Part shown: positions 18,821 through 29,199 of the stretch, one piece after another
Position numbering within the stretch: the first letter of the stretch is position 1
Layout: every line of letters begins with the position of its first letter
DNA from: an uncultured virus (IMG/VR IMGVR_UViG_2671180412_000004)
Taxonomy: Duplodnaviria; Heunggongvirae; Uroviricota; Caudoviricetes
Reading direction: 5' to 3' (one strand)
IMG/VR virus record: IMGVR_UViG_2671180412_000004
DNA length: 64,000 nucleotides
Notes under the pieces: generated by a model
Told to the model about the DNA's origin: nothing
Database searches by the model: none
The model's input: only the letters and a program-made list of their open reading frames with translations
Translations under genes and position numbers: made by a program

Positions 18821-19944
18821 CCTGGCCAAATGTGACCGTTAACCAGGTAAACCAGCTACTGGGCGAGACCAATGAGGTGGAACGCACGGTGCTGTTTATC
18901 GGTACGGGAACCAAAAATACAGGCAAGACCCTGGCTGTGAACACCCAGAGCGATTTTGACGCGCTTCTGGGTGAGGCGGACAGCCAGTTAAAACGGGACG
19001 TGCTGGCGGCAGTGTCGAATGCTGGCCAGAACTGGTGGGGGTTCGTCCATGTGCTGGCCGCTGACAGCGAGCCGGACGCATGGGTTAAAGCGGTGCTGGC
19101 CGCGCAGGTCTCGTGCTCTGTTGAAGGCGTGGTGCTGTGCAATGACATTTCCACAAAGGCGGAAGTTAACCAGGCCATTACGCTGCGTGCGGATCTGATC
19201 GCCAAATACGGCCGCTGGGTGTGGTTCATTCTGGCCACGCAGGGAATGCAGGATGAAGAGGGACAGGTGGATTACCTTGCGCGTATGTCCATTCTGCAGG
19301 ACGGCATTGCGGAAAAAGCGGTGCAGCTGGTTCCCCGCCTCTGGGGGAATGAGCCGGGTGTGCTGGCTGGCCGTCTGTGCAGCCGCGCCGTTACCATGGC
19401 TGACAGCCCGGCGCGAGTGAAAACAGGAGCGCTTGTCAGCCTGGGCAGTGATGAACTGCCGCTGGATGGCACAGGCGCGGTGCTGGAGCTTGCCACGCTT
19501 CAGGCGCTTGAGGCGCAGCGCTTCAGCGTGCCGATGTGGTATCCGGACTATGACGGATTCTACTGGTCAGACGGCCGCACGCTGGACGTGGAAGGGGGCG
19601 ATTATCAGTCCATTGAAACACTGCGCGTGGCCGATAAAGCCGCACGCCGGGTGCGTCTGCTGGCCATCGGCAAAATTGCAGACCGTTCACTGAACAGCAC
19701 GCCGGGCAGCATTGCCGCACACCAGACGCTGTTTGCAAAGCCGCTGCGCGAAATGTCCACGGCAGCAAACATCAACGGGGTTTCATTCCCCGGCGAAGTG
19801 AAGCCGCCGCAGGATGGTGATGTCACCATTGTCTGGAAAAACAAAAAGGCGGTGGAGATTTACATTGTGGTGCGCACCTGGGAAGTGCCGCTGCAAATCA
19901 CCATCAGTCTGTTACTGGATGCCAGCCTGGAGGCCGCCGCATGA
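18817..19944 (+). CDS. Tail sheath protein (HP1-type, DUF2586-like)
   Basis: 375 aa before the tube gene; GRLCSR, ADSPARV, YPDYDGFYW motifs. Confidence 0.8.
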   Translation: MTWPNVTVNQVNQLLGETNEVERTVLFIGTGTKNTGKTLAVNTQSDFDALLGEADSQLKRDVLAAVSNAGQNWWGFVHVLAADSEPDAWVKAVLAAQVSCSVEGVVLCNDISTKAEVNQAITLRADLIAKYGRWVWFILATQGMQDEEGQVDYLARMSILQDGIAEKAVQLVPRLWGNEPGVLAGRLCSRAVTMADSPARVKTGALVSLGSDELPLDGTGAVLELATLQALEAQRFSVPMWYPDYDGFYWSDGRTLDVEGGDYQSIETLRVADKAARRVRLLAIGKIADRSLNSTPGSIAAHQTLFAKPLREMSTAANINGVSFPGEVKPPQDGDVTIVWKNKKAVEIYIVVRTWEVPLQITISLLLDASLEAAA

Positions 19945-20396
19945 CCAAGCGTATTTCGGGGATGTCGTTTGATGCTTATGTTGACGGCGATCTGATCCAC
20001 ATTGAAAAAATATCTCTCGATATCACGGATAACAGCGCCGCCGCGCAAACCCGTGGTGTGCCGGATGGCCACGTTGATGGTGATGTTGCCGCAGAGGGAG
20101 AAATTGAAGTCAGTTCCAAAGTGCTGGGTGTACTGACAGCAAAAGCCCGATCTGCGGGTTCATGGCGCGGTATTGAGCCTGTGGATTTCCTCTTCTATGC
20201 GAAAGCGGGGAATGAGGAAGTCAAGGTGGAGACATTCGGCTGCAAGCTTCAGCTGAGTAACCTGCTGGATATCGATCCGAAGGGCGGCAGCGTGGCCACG
20301 CACAAAATCAAATATTTCGTGACCAGTCCGAAGTTCGTAAACATCAACGGCGTTCCGTATCTGGAAGCGGAAGCCACGGAAAACCTGATCGGTTAA
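19941..20396 (+). CDS. Tail tube protein (HP1-type, DUF2597-like)
   Basis: 151 aa after the sheath gene; TRGVPDG motif. Confidence 0.8.
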   Translation: MTKRISGMSFDAYVDGDLIHIEKISLDITDNSAAAQTRGVPDGHVDGDVAAEGEIEVSSKVLGVLTAKARSAGSWRGIEPVDFLFYAKAGNEEVKVETFGCKLQLSNLLDIDPKGGSVATHKIKYFVTSPKFVNINGVPYLEAEATENLIG

Positions 20397-20405
20397 GGGG
20401 CAGGG

Positions 20406-20699
20406 ATGCAGGAGTATGAAAAGGGGTTTATCGCACTGGCTCTGATGGGGGCGCTGATTGCCCTCGGAAAAATGCTGAACAGCGATGAGCCGATCACGTT
20501 GCGCCTGGTTCTGGGGCGCGTCATTGTCGGCAGCGCCTTATCGCTTGCCGCAGGGGTTGCACTGTACTTTGTGCCGGACATTCACCCTCTGGCGCTTGCC
20601 GGGATTGGTTCTGCGCTGGGTATTCTGGGGCTGAATGGTGTTGAAGCCTGGCTGCGCAAAAAAGGGATTAACTTTTTGGGTAAAGGAGTGGGTAAATGA
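20406..20699 (+). CDS. Holin
   Basis: Three hydrophobic helices and basic C-terminus; directly before the endolysin. Confidence 0.8.
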   Translation: MQEYEKGFIALALMGALIALGKMLNSDEPITLRLVLGRVIVGSALSLAAGVALYFVPDIHPLALAGIGSALGILGLNGVEAWLRKKGINFLGKGVGK

Positions 20700-21037
20700 C
20701 GTTAAGCGAGAAACAGCAGCTGTTTACCGTGATGGTGGCCAGTCTGATCCACTGGGCTGAAGAGCATGGCTATCGCCTGACTTTTGGCGAGGCGTACCGC
20801 ACGCCGGAACAGGCGGCGCTGAACGCTAAAAAAGGCAGCGGTATCACCAACAGTCTGCACACTCAGCGTCTGGCCGTGGATTTTAACCTGTTCGTGAATG
20901 GCCAGTACAAAACGGACACGGCTGATTATCTGCCGCTGGGTGAATACTGGGAATCGCTGGGCGGAACGTGGGGCGGCCGCTTTAAATCCCGTCCGGACGG
21001 TAATCACTTCAGCCTGGAACATAACGGGGTGCGCTGA
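20696..21037 (+). CDS. M15-family peptidase endolysin
   Basis: YRTPEQ, SLH...LAVD, WGG, DGNHF zinc-peptidase motifs. Confidence 0.85.
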   Translation: MTLSEKQQLFTVMVASLIHWAEEHGYRLTFGEAYRTPEQAALNAKKGSGITNSLHTQRLAVDFNLFVNGQYKTDTADYLPLGEYWESLGGTWGGRFKSRPDGNHFSLEHNGVR

Positions 21038-21405
21038 TGACAAACGGCCAGTGGCTGGTAGTGGTTGCGCTGGCGTTTGTCTGGGGCTGGCTGACCGCTG
21101 ACTGGCGGCGTGACAGTCTGGAACTGGCAATCAACTCCGCTGCGCAGGTTGCGGGTAACAAGTCCCGCAAGGCAATGATGGAGATTGCCAGCGAGTCCGC
21201 CAGGGGACTGGAAGAGAAGCTGGAGGCGCTGGAAAGTGGCAGACCGAAGGAAATCAGGACGGAAATCCTTAAGCCGGTATTCACTAATGTTTGCGTGTCT
21301 GATGAATTTATCCGGATGTATAACGCAACCGTCGAAAATACCGAACGTACCCTATCAGGAAAACCTGAAGCGAAAATGCCCAACGGAAAATCTTCCGCGC
21401 ATTAA
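21037..21405 (+). CDS. Inner-membrane spanin (Rz-like)
   Basis: N-terminal TM then coiled coil; follows the endolysin. Confidence 0.7.
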   Translation: MTNGQWLVVVALAFVWGWLTADWRRDSLELAINSAAQVAGNKSRKAMMEIASESARGLEEKLEALESGRPKEIRTEILKPVFTNVCVSDEFIRMYNATVENTERTLSGKPEAKMPNGKSSAH

Positions 21406-21541
21406 AGGTAATACCGGGGCGGATATTGCTGCCCCTGCAATTGAATATCAGGATTTATATTCTGTGTGTGCAGCACGTCATAACGCGCTGATTGATGAAA
21501 TGAATAAACGAGAGAGTGTATTAAATGGAACAGAAAATTGA
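21185..21541 (+). CDS. Outer-membrane spanin lipoprotein (Rz1-like); true start probably further downstream
   Basis: Overlapping frame with lipobox LSGC. Confidence 0.65.
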   Translation: MPASPPGDWKRSWRRWKVADRRKSGRKSLSRYSLMFACLMNLSGCITQPSKIPNVPYQENLKRKCPTENLPRIKGNTGADIAAPAIEYQDLYSVCAARHNALIDEMNKRESVLNGTEN

Positions 21542-21785
21542 ATTATCCGTGTGTGGTAAAATCATTGTATTTGCACCAAACCAGACCGCCTATAACAAAT
21601 TCATTAATGAAATGGCGATGGATAACAAAGTCGCCCCGGCGCATAGCTATCTTATGCGTATTGTTGAACCAGAAAGTAAAGACGCGCTGACGGAAATCTT
21701 AAAACGTCCCGGTGCTGCGTTACAGTTGACGGGCAAGGTTAATGAAATTTACGCACCAGAGCTGGAAATTGAAGTAAAAAACTGA
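21525..21785 (+). CDS. Tail assembly chaperone; -1 frameshift extension to 21976
   Basis: Ends A-AAA-AAC-TGA; the -1 frame stays open to a TGA overlapping the tape-measure ATG. Confidence 0.8.
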   Translation: MEQKIELSVCGKIIVFAPNQTAYNKFINEMAMDNKVAPAHSYLMRIVEPESKDALTEILKRPGAALQLTGKVNEIYAPELEIEVKN

Positions 21786-21972
21786 CAAGGCGAGTCCGGG
21801 CTATTGAGCGAAACGGACTCGATCAGTATTTAATTTTACGCCGTCATTATTTACCCCACGGGGAAGATTCCATTGATGATATTGCCGCCGCTGTCTGGCT
21901 GGATAATCGTTACTGGGAAAACATGCGTATTGCTACGGCAAACGGAATAGGCACTGCTTTTAAAGGCGCTGA

Positions 21973-24180
21973 ATGAAACAGTTAGATTTTACATTAAGCC
22001 TGATCGATAAATTGTCCCGCCCGTTAAAACAGGTGCAGAACAATGTGACCGGCTTTGCGGATAAATCAAAAGCAGCGTTTATGCAGATTGGCGGCGGCGT
22101 GCTGGCGCTGGCCGGAACGGGAATGGCCATAAAAGGCGCATTGTCTCCGGCCATTGAAATGTATGACGCACTGAATGAGGCGGCTGCAAAAGGCATCGAC
22201 AATTCAGCGCTTAAAACTGTTCAGCGTGATGCACTGGCGTTCAGCACCACATACGGAGCCAGCGCGTTGGAGTTTGTACAGTCCACTGAATCAATCAATG
22301 CGGCCATCGCCGGGCTGACCGGGAATGAACTGCCGAAAGTGACCAAAGTCGCCAACGTCCTGGCGTTTGCCATGAAATCAACCGCGGCGGAAACGTCGGA
22401 ATTCATGGGGCAGATGTTCGGTAACTTTTCGTCTGATGCCGCACGCCTGGGCAAAGTGCAGTTTGCTGAACAGCTGGCCGGAAAGATGGTTTACATGCGC
22501 AAGACGTTCGGCGCGGAAATGGCCACGATCAAAGACCTGATGGAAGGCGCTCGCGGGGTGGGGACAAACTACGGTGTCGGGCTGGATGAACAGCTGGCCG
22601 TGCTGGGGCAACTGAGCCGCACGCTGGGAACGGAGGCGAGCAGCGCTTACGAAGGCTTTATGACGGGCGCGATTGATGGCGCTAAAAAGCTGGGGCTGTC
22701 CTTCACCGACGCTACCGGAAAAATGCTGTCCATGCCTGAAATGCTGACGAAGCTGCAGGGCAAATATGGCAAGAGCCTGGAAGGGAACCTGAAGGCACAG
22801 GCGGAGCTGGATGAAGCCTTTGGGGACAGTTCAGCGGTGGTTAAACAGCTGTATGGAAATGTGGCGTTACTTCAGCGCAATATCACCGAACTGGGCGGCG
22901 CGGACGGCCTGAAGCGTACCCAGGAAATGGCGGTCAAAATGGTTAAACCGTGGGATCGCTTTATTGCCATCCTGACGGCCATTAAAACCGTCATTGGGCT
23001 GACGCTGATCCCGGTGCTTTATCCCCTGCTGAATCGCCTGGCGGATATGGGGCAGACCTTTGCCCGCTGGATGCAGTTGTTTCCCAACATTGCGCGGGTG
23101 GTGGGTTATGCCGCACTGGCACTGCTGAGTTTTGCCGCTGCGGGTGCTGTGGCCAATATCATTATGGGTGTTTCTGCCTTTGTAATGGGGGGGCTGCGTG
23201 GCATCTGGAAATCCCTTACATCGGTAACGAAGATTTACACTGCAACAATCTGGCTGGCGCAAAAAGCAGTGCTGGTCTGGAATATCACGCTGGGCGCTCT
23301 GCGCGGAATTCTGCTGGCGGTTCGCATGGCAGCGGTGATGGCCGGGATCGGTATCAACTTTATGAGCTGGCCTATTCTCCTGGTGATTGGAGCAATAGCG
23401 TTACTTGTGGCCGGGTGCTATCTCCTGATAAAGCACTGGGACGCTATCAAAGCGGCGGTAATGAATACTGAAGCTTTTACAGCTGTGGCCGCAGTGGTTC
23501 AGTGGCTGGCGGGTATCTTTGCCAGTGCCTGGCAGTTTATCAGTGATGGCTGGAATAATTTTATCGCACTGCTTAAGGGATTCTCACCTTCCGAAGCATT
23601 AAGCGGAATGGCCAGCGGTATTGTCTCGATGTTTGATAAGGTCTGGCAAACCATTAAAGGTAGCTTCCTGAAATCATGGAACTGGATAGTAGGGAAATTA
23701 AACAAAATACCCGGTGTGGATATAGCACTGGCGGGAGAGCCTGAGGCAGATATTAAAAAAAATATTCCGCAGCAGCCATTAGCCAATAACGCTGTTATGC
23801 CTGTAAGCATGCCTCCGCAGCCATTAGCTAAAAATATTGTTCCGCCTGTAAATATTCCGTCAATGCCGTATGACGTTAAACAGGTTGAGCAACCAGCCAT
23901 AGCAGCGCCAGAAATAAAACAAGTGACGTATGGCGCGAATATAACTCAGCAGTTAACGCAAAATACGGTGCTGCCTGAGCCACCTCCGGCAATCGCCCCT
24001 AATGTGCTTTTAACGGGTGGAGAGCTTAAAGGGATTGATCGTGGCGGTATCAGTAAAACCATAAACAGTAATTCTAAGTCTGTTACGGACAACAGCCGCA
24101 AAATTGACACGGTGAATATTTATCCGAAAGAAACACTTTCACCGGGACAGTTGCAGGAGTGGCAGGAGCTAAACCCATGA
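21973..24180 (+). CDS. Tail tape measure protein
   Basis: Long Ala/Gly-rich helical ORF with hydrophobic central region; follows the chaperone. Confidence 0.92.
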   Translation: MKQLDFTLSLIDKLSRPLKQVQNNVTGFADKSKAAFMQIGGGVLALAGTGMAIKGALSPAIEMYDALNEAAAKGIDNSALKTVQRDALAFSTTYGASALEFVQSTESINAAIAGLTGNELPKVTKVANVLAFAMKSTAAETSEFMGQMFGNFSSDAARLGKVQFAEQLAGKMVYMRKTFGAEMATIKDLMEGARGVGTNYGVGLDEQLAVLGQLSRTLGTEASSAYEGFMTGAIDGAKKLGLSFTDATGKMLSMPEMLTKLQGKYGKSLEGNLKAQAELDEAFGDSSAVVKQLYGNVALLQRNITELGGADGLKRTQEMAVKMVKPWDRFIAILTAIKTVIGLTLIPVLYPLLNRLADMGQTFARWMQLFPNIARVVGYAALALLSFAAAGAVANIIMGVSAFVMGGLRGIWKSLTSVTKIYTATIWLAQKAVLVWNITLGALRGILLAVRMAAVMAGIGINFMSWPILLVIGAIALLVAGCYLLIKHWDAIKAAVMNTEAFTAVAAVVQWLAGIFASAWQFISDGWNNFIALLKGFSPSEALSGMASGIVSMFDKVWQTIKGSFLKSWNWIVGKLNKIPGVDIALAGEPEADIKKNIPQQPLANNAVMPVSMPPQPLAKNIVPPVNIPSMPYDVKQVEQPAIAAPEIKQVTYGANITQQLTQNTVLPEPPPAIAPNVLLTGGELKGIDRGGISKTINSNSKSVTDNSRKIDTVNIYPKETLSPGQLQEWQELNP

Positions 24181-24506
24181 GTGATTTGCTTTACATCGAT
24201 CTGCTGATTGAAAACGGTAATTTTGTTCTGAATACCGGGAAAGAGCCTGAGCTGTGTAATAACCGCAAAAGCATCGGGCAGGACATTATTCACAGCATTC
24301 TGGAAAGCGGTCTGGCCACGCAGCTGGTCGGCGAACGTAGCCCGACTTTACGCGCGGATATCTTCACGCAGCTGGAACTGCTCATTGAAGAGGATGAACG
24401 CATTGTGCCGGGTACGGTGGATGTGAGCGAGGAAAGCCAGAAGCGGTTATGGATAACGGCGAGCACGTATGACTTTGGCGGAATATCTGCACAGGTGGAG
24501 CTATGA
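24177..24506 (+). CDS. Baseplate protein (DUF2590 / gpW-like)
   Basis: SIGQDIIHSILESG, DERIVPGT motifs; synteny. Confidence 0.7.
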   Translation: MSDLLYIDLLIENGNFVLNTGKEPELCNNRKSIGQDIIHSILESGLATQLVGERSPTLRADIFTQLELLIEEDERIVPGTVDVSEESQKRLWITASTYDFGGISAQVEL

Positions 24507-25687
24507 CGGAAAAGCCGCAGGTAGATTTTGAAGAGGTGGTGAAGTCCAGCGGGATGCCCGTTACGGAAGAGGCGGTGCGCACCCGTTTCAACGCCATCGC
24601 CGCAGACGAAGGACTGATTACCAACACGTCGCGCATGTCTCCGTTCTGGCGGCTCATTACCGCCATTGTGACCGCGCCAGTGATGTGGCTGAAGGATGCG
24701 CTGGTTTCGGTGGTCATGGCCAATATGTTTGTGGCCACTGCGGGTGGGCAGATGTTGCGTCTGCTGGCCTGGGCGGTGAACGTCACGGCTAAACCTGCCA
24801 GCGCTGCGGAAGGTGTGATCCGCTTTTACAAAGAAGATTCAAAACAGGCCGTCACCGTGACGGCGGGAACGGTAGTCCAGACCGAAAGGATTAACGGCAA
24901 AGTTTATGCCCTGGCCACCGTGGCCGATGTGGTGATCCCGTCCGGCACGGCAAGCGCTTTACTTGCCGTCAAGGCAACCGGAACGGGCGGGGCGTACAAC
25001 CTTGCGCCGGGCTATTACCGCATTTTGCCCGTGGCCGTGGACGGTATCAGCCATGTGGCCAGTGAAGAGGACTGGCTGACCGTGCCAGGTGCGGACGAAG
25101 AAAGCGATGACGAGCTGCGCGAGCGTTGCCGGAACCAGTTCAACCTGGTGGGGAACTATCACACGGACGCGGTTTACCGTTCGATGATTGCGAGCGTGGC
25201 CGGACTGAGCATTGAGCGGATTTTCTTTCTCCATGACGCGCCACGTGGTCCGGGTACAGCGAACGCGTATCTGTTGCTGGACAGCGGGGTCACGTCAGAG
25301 CCGTTTATTGAAGCCGTTAATGACTATATCAACACGCAAGGCCACCACGGGCACGGGGACGATATGCAGTGTTTTGCCATGCCGGAAACCCGCCACGATC
25401 TGAGTGTGACGGTATATGTCAGGAACCTGAATAACCTTGAAGCGGAACAACAGGACGCGCTGAAAAAAGGGATTGAAAACCTGATCCGCTGCGCCTTCAG
25501 GGAAAACACGGATTATGACGTGAAAAAGACGTGGCCATATTCCCGCTTTTCGTTTTCGCAGCTGGGGCGCGAGGTGCACAAAACCTTCCCGGAGTCGGAT
25601 TCCATTGAGTTTTCGCTGAAGGATATCACCAGCGAACTGAGCGTACCGCGCCTTAACTCCTTAACGGTGAGCCTGAAAGATGACTGA
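24503..25687 (+). CDS. Baseplate J-like protein
   Basis: GADEESDDELRER and RGPGT motifs. Confidence 0.88.
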   Translation: MTEKPQVDFEEVVKSSGMPVTEEAVRTRFNAIAADEGLITNTSRMSPFWRLITAIVTAPVMWLKDALVSVVMANMFVATAGGQMLRLLAWAVNVTAKPASAAEGVIRFYKEDSKQAVTVTAGTVVQTERINGKVYALATVADVVIPSGTASALLAVKATGTGGAYNLAPGYYRILPVAVDGISHVASEEDWLTVPGADEESDDELRERCRNQFNLVGNYHTDAVYRSMIASVAGLSIERIFFLHDAPRGPGTANAYLLLDSGVTSEPFIEAVNDYINTQGHHGHGDDMQCFAMPETRHDLSVTVYVRNLNNLEAEQQDALKKGIENLIRCAFRENTDYDVKKTWPYSRFSFSQLGREVHKTFPESDSIEFSLKDITSELSVPRLNSLTVSLKDD

Positions 25688-26267
25688 TTTTCTGAAGAAA
25701 CTGGCCAGTCTGGCGCTGCCGTCCTGGATGAATAAAGGTGAGCCACTGGCTTTATTGCGCACGGCGCGGACTTTTTGGGCTGAGGTCTACGGCTGGATCA
25801 CGTGGCCATTAAGGCAGTTTGATCCGCTGACCTGCATTGAACCGGTACTCAATTTGATCGCGTATGACCGTGACATAAGCCGCTTCAGTGGCGAACCGCT
25901 GAGCCTGTACCGCAAGCGCGTGGCTTATGCCTTCATCAACGCGCGTGATGCGGGTTCGGTTGAGGGGTTCATCAACATCTTTTCACGGCTGGGGATTGGA
26001 TACGTGGAGCTGGTAGAACGCCAGCCGGGTATTGACTGGGACGTGATCATGGTGCGCGTCACGGACAGCCAGATCGCAGACAACACGCAGCTGATGATTC
26101 AGATAATCCGGCAGTACGGGCGAACCTGCCGCCGTTATCAGTTTGAAGTGATCACATCTGAAAGTCTTGCTATCCGGGCGGGATGGGATCAGGGGGAATA
26201 CGTGGTTTATCCGGCACGCCTGAGCAGCGCGGAAGCCAGCGGCGCAACGTTTAGCGCGAGTTTATAG
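25680..26267 (+). CDS. Tail/baseplate protein (gpI-like)
   Basis: DPLTC...LNLIAYDR; lies between J and the fibre gene. Confidence 0.75.
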   Translation: MTDFLKKLASLALPSWMNKGEPLALLRTARTFWAEVYGWITWPLRQFDPLTCIEPVLNLIAYDRDISRFSGEPLSLYRKRVAYAFINARDAGSVEGFINIFSRLGIGYVELVERQPGIDWDVIMVRVTDSQIADNTQLMIQIIRQYGRTCRRYQFEVITSESLAIRAGWDQGEYVVYPARLSSAEASGATFSASL

Positions 26268-26276
26268 GGAGAATTT

Positions 26277-28763
26277 ATGTCACAGACAGCTATCACACAG
26301 GCCTTTGAGCAGTGGAAAGCCAGCCAGGCAGTTACGGGTGAACCCGTTCTGCTGGATGAGTTTGTTTTTGCCAACGTGCCGGCGCTGGATGCCAGTAAGC
26401 CAATTGACCGCAGCGAAACGCTGCCACCTGCCGCACAAATCGTTCACCGTCAGGCCGTCAGCCGTAAAGGCGTGGTAAATGAAAATGCCGTGGTTCACTC
26501 CGTTGTACTGGGCGCGGACGTGGGCGATTTTTCGTTTAACTGGATTGGCCTGATTAACAAGGCGAGCAACACGCTGGCCATGATTGTTCATGCACCCCTA
26601 CAGCAGAAGCTGAAAACGAAAGATGGCCAGCAGGGCAATGTTCTCACCCGTTCGTTTTTGATGGAGTACAACGGCGCACAGGCTGAAACCGGAATCAACA
26701 CACCAGCGGAAACCTGGCAGATTGACTTCACCGCCCGTATGGCCGGAATGGATGAGCGTCAGCGTCTGGAAAACATCGACCTGTACGGCGCGGCGGCTTT
26801 TCTGGGGAATGGCTACCTGGTAGCAAAAAACGGCACGCAATTTTACGTTACTGCCGGAGCGGGGTATGTCAGTGGCTTACGTGCGCAGCTGGCCGCTAAC
26901 CAGAACATTACGGTAAACACGAAGCCCATAAAGGTCTGGCTGGATGTGGCATGGACGGGCACGCTGACGAGTGCATGGGGCGTGTCCAGTAAAATCACGG
27001 TGGCGGCTGACCTGGCTGATTATGTGCAAAACGGTGTGCAGCACTATGTTTTTGCGGTGGCCAGTATCGATGCCAGCGGCAATATTACCGATTTGCGTCC
27101 CAAAGGCTCGCTAAACGATCAGGCCGCCAGTGATGCGCTGAAAAAGCATGAGCAGTCACGTAACCATCCGGACGCTACTACGCAAGCTAAAGGATTTACT
27201 CAACTGAGCAGCGCAACGGATAGCTCATCTGAATCGCTGGCTGCAACGCCGAAAGCGGTCAAGGTAGTTAGCGATGATCTGAAAAAGGTCAAGGAGTCTC
27301 TGGGTACTGCAGCATCTCGTGATGTTACTGCCAACAGATATGATGCTACATCGGGGCGGGTTTTGCAGGTCGGGGATTATGGACTGGGAACTTCCGTTGG
27401 GTTATCGCTTCTATCCTCAATATTTAACATCACGTGCACGGCTAAATACGCAGCACTTGGCGCAGGAGCAGGTAGTTCAGCCACCGAAGGAATGCCAGCA
27501 AACTCTGGAAATACGAGGTTTTCAGTTGATGTTGACAGCATCTATACGAACCAATATTGGGTAACGCTACGTAGTTCAAATGAGTGTTATGTGGGGCTAG
27601 TCAACACCAGTACGAAGACTGCAACCTGGTCTCAACTCTATAGTACGGCGTTCAAACCAAAGCCCGCGGATATCAATGCCGTAGACAAAGGCGGCGACAC
27701 CATGACCGGACCGTTGAAGGTTAATGGTGAAGTTCAGGCAACCACCGCTAACGGTTTCCGCATTGCGTATGGTGGTTACGGCGCATTCTGGCGTAATGAT
27801 GGCTATAACCTTTATCTGATGCTGACCAATAAAGGGGACGCTAACGGCGCGTATAACAATTTGCGGCCATTACGCGTAAGCCTTGAAACTGGTGCGCTGC
27901 AGTCAGAAACGCCACTGACTGTAGGCAACACAATTTATGCATCAAAGGAAATTACAGCGGGTTATAGCGGCAATTATGGCTGGGTTAATCAATATGACAC
28001 GAAAGCGCCGTTCTTTAATTCATATTCAACCACTGGAGCAAGTGAGTACCATCCGGTAATTAAACAACAGGCTACCATCACCGGTAAAAACTCTTGGGCT
28101 TTTTCAATGGGTTCTCTTGTATCCAGTGATGCTCTTTCCTGGCACCTGCATATGAAAGGAAGTGGCGTACAGGATATTAATTTCAAGTGGGATACTAACG
28201 GTAACTTTTATGCGCCGGGTCAGCTCATTCCGGGTAGCTTTGCGAACTTTGACAACCGTTATTACACCAAAACCCAGTCCGATGCCGGGTACATGCCGAA
28301 AACAGGCGCGTACACAAAAGCCGAGAGTGACGGGCGTTTCCAGCCAAAAGGGAGTTATACCCCAGCTGGACAGGCTTATACCAAAGCAGAGTCTGACGGG
28401 CGTTTCCAGCCAAAAGGCAATTACACTCCGGCAGGTCAGGCGTACACCAAAGCCGAGTCTGATGCGCGTTACGGGGTTGGTAAAACAACTACTGGCAATA
28501 ATAGCGCTTATTATACCCACGGCAATGGTGCTGTATTTATGCAGTCTATGAGGAATATCTCTGTCGGCAATAATGCCACCGTGACTGTAACGCTGCCCAC
28601 GTCATTCCCTAATGGGATTCTGGGTATAGGTTCAAGCTATTACGGAACGGGCGGGAATAACTCTGCGTCATACTGGTTCTGTACGCCTGTGGGTAAAAAC
28701 CAGGTGAAAATTGAAACGAAAAACTGTAGTGGGACATTTTTCTTAAACGTTACGGGCTACTGA
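26277..28763 (+). CDS. Tail fibre protein
   Basis: HPDATTQAKGFTQLSSAT, LGTAASRDV, RVLQVGDYGLG fibre motifs; C-terminal PTSFP...TGY domain. Confidence 0.92.
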   Translation: MSQTAITQAFEQWKASQAVTGEPVLLDEFVFANVPALDASKPIDRSETLPPAAQIVHRQAVSRKGVVNENAVVHSVVLGADVGDFSFNWIGLINKASNTLAMIVHAPLQQKLKTKDGQQGNVLTRSFLMEYNGAQAETGINTPAETWQIDFTARMAGMDERQRLENIDLYGAAAFLGNGYLVAKNGTQFYVTAGAGYVSGLRAQLAANQNITVNTKPIKVWLDVAWTGTLTSAWGVSSKITVAADLADYVQNGVQHYVFAVASIDASGNITDLRPKGSLNDQAASDALKKHEQSRNHPDATTQAKGFTQLSSATDSSSESLAATPKAVKVVSDDLKKVKESLGTAASRDVTANRYDATSGRVLQVGDYGLGTSVGLSLLSSIFNITCTAKYAALGAGAGSSATEGMPANSGNTRFSVDVDSIYTNQYWVTLRSSNECYVGLVNTSTKTATWSQLYSTAFKPKPADINAVDKGGDTMTGPLKVNGEVQATTANGFRIAYGGYGAFWRNDGYNLYLMLTNKGDANGAYNNLRPLRVSLETGALQSETPLTVGNTIYASKEITAGYSGNYGWVNQYDTKAPFFNSYSTTGASEYHPVIKQQATITGKNSWAFSMGSLVSSDALSWHLHMKGSGVQDINFKWDTNGNFYAPGQLIPGSFANFDNRYYTKTQSDAGYMPKTGAYTKAESDGRFQPKGSYTPAGQAYTKAESDGRFQPKGNYTPAGQAYTKAESDARYGVGKTTTGNNSAYYTHGNGAVFMQSMRNISVGNNATVTVTLPTSFPNGILGIGSSYYGTGGNNSASYWFCTPVGKNQVKIETKNCSGTFFLNVTGY
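28311..28472 (+). repeat. About 2.5 copies of a 66-bp in-frame repeat in the tail fibre
   Basis: Unit YTKAESDGRFQPKG(S/N)YTPAGQA starts at 28311, 28377 and 28443. Confidence 0.9.
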
Positions 28764-28764
28764 A

Positions 28765-29199
28765 ATGGATAAATTTTTTAGCAATTCAGAAAATAGTTTT
28801 TATCTGGAGGAAACTGTCATTTCCTATGAGGCGCAGGGTATTCCTGTTCCCTCTGACCTGAAAAAAATTACTGACGAAGAATATGAAACTTTCATGGTTT
28901 CACCTGACAGGAAAGCACCATATTACAGTCTTAAATCAAAATGTATGGTGTGGGTTGATATTGCGCCACCTACGCGGGAAGAGGAAATTGAAAGCGCAGA
29001 GTTATTAAAGTCGCAGCTGTTGACTGGCGCGGCAGAGGCTATTTCCCCGCTTCAGGATGCTGTTGATTTGTCTATGGCTTCTGAGGCGGAAACAGCAAGT
29101 CTGTCGGCATGGAAAAAATACCGGGTTTTACTAAACCGTGTTGATACCAGTAAAGCACCGGATATTGAGTGGCCAGAGGTGCCTGACAATGTGGCGTGA
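28765..29199 (+). CDS. Tail fibre assembly chaperone (Tfa)
   Basis: PLQDAVDL...WKKYRVLLNRVD...IEWPEVP signature. Confidence 0.92.
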   Translation: MDKFFSNSENSFYLEETVISYEAQGIPVPSDLKKITDEEYETFMVSPDRKAPYYSLKSKCMVWVDIAPPTREEEIESAELLKSQLLTGAAEAISPLQDAVDLSMASEAETASLSAWKKYRVLLNRVDTSKAPDIEWPEVPDNVA

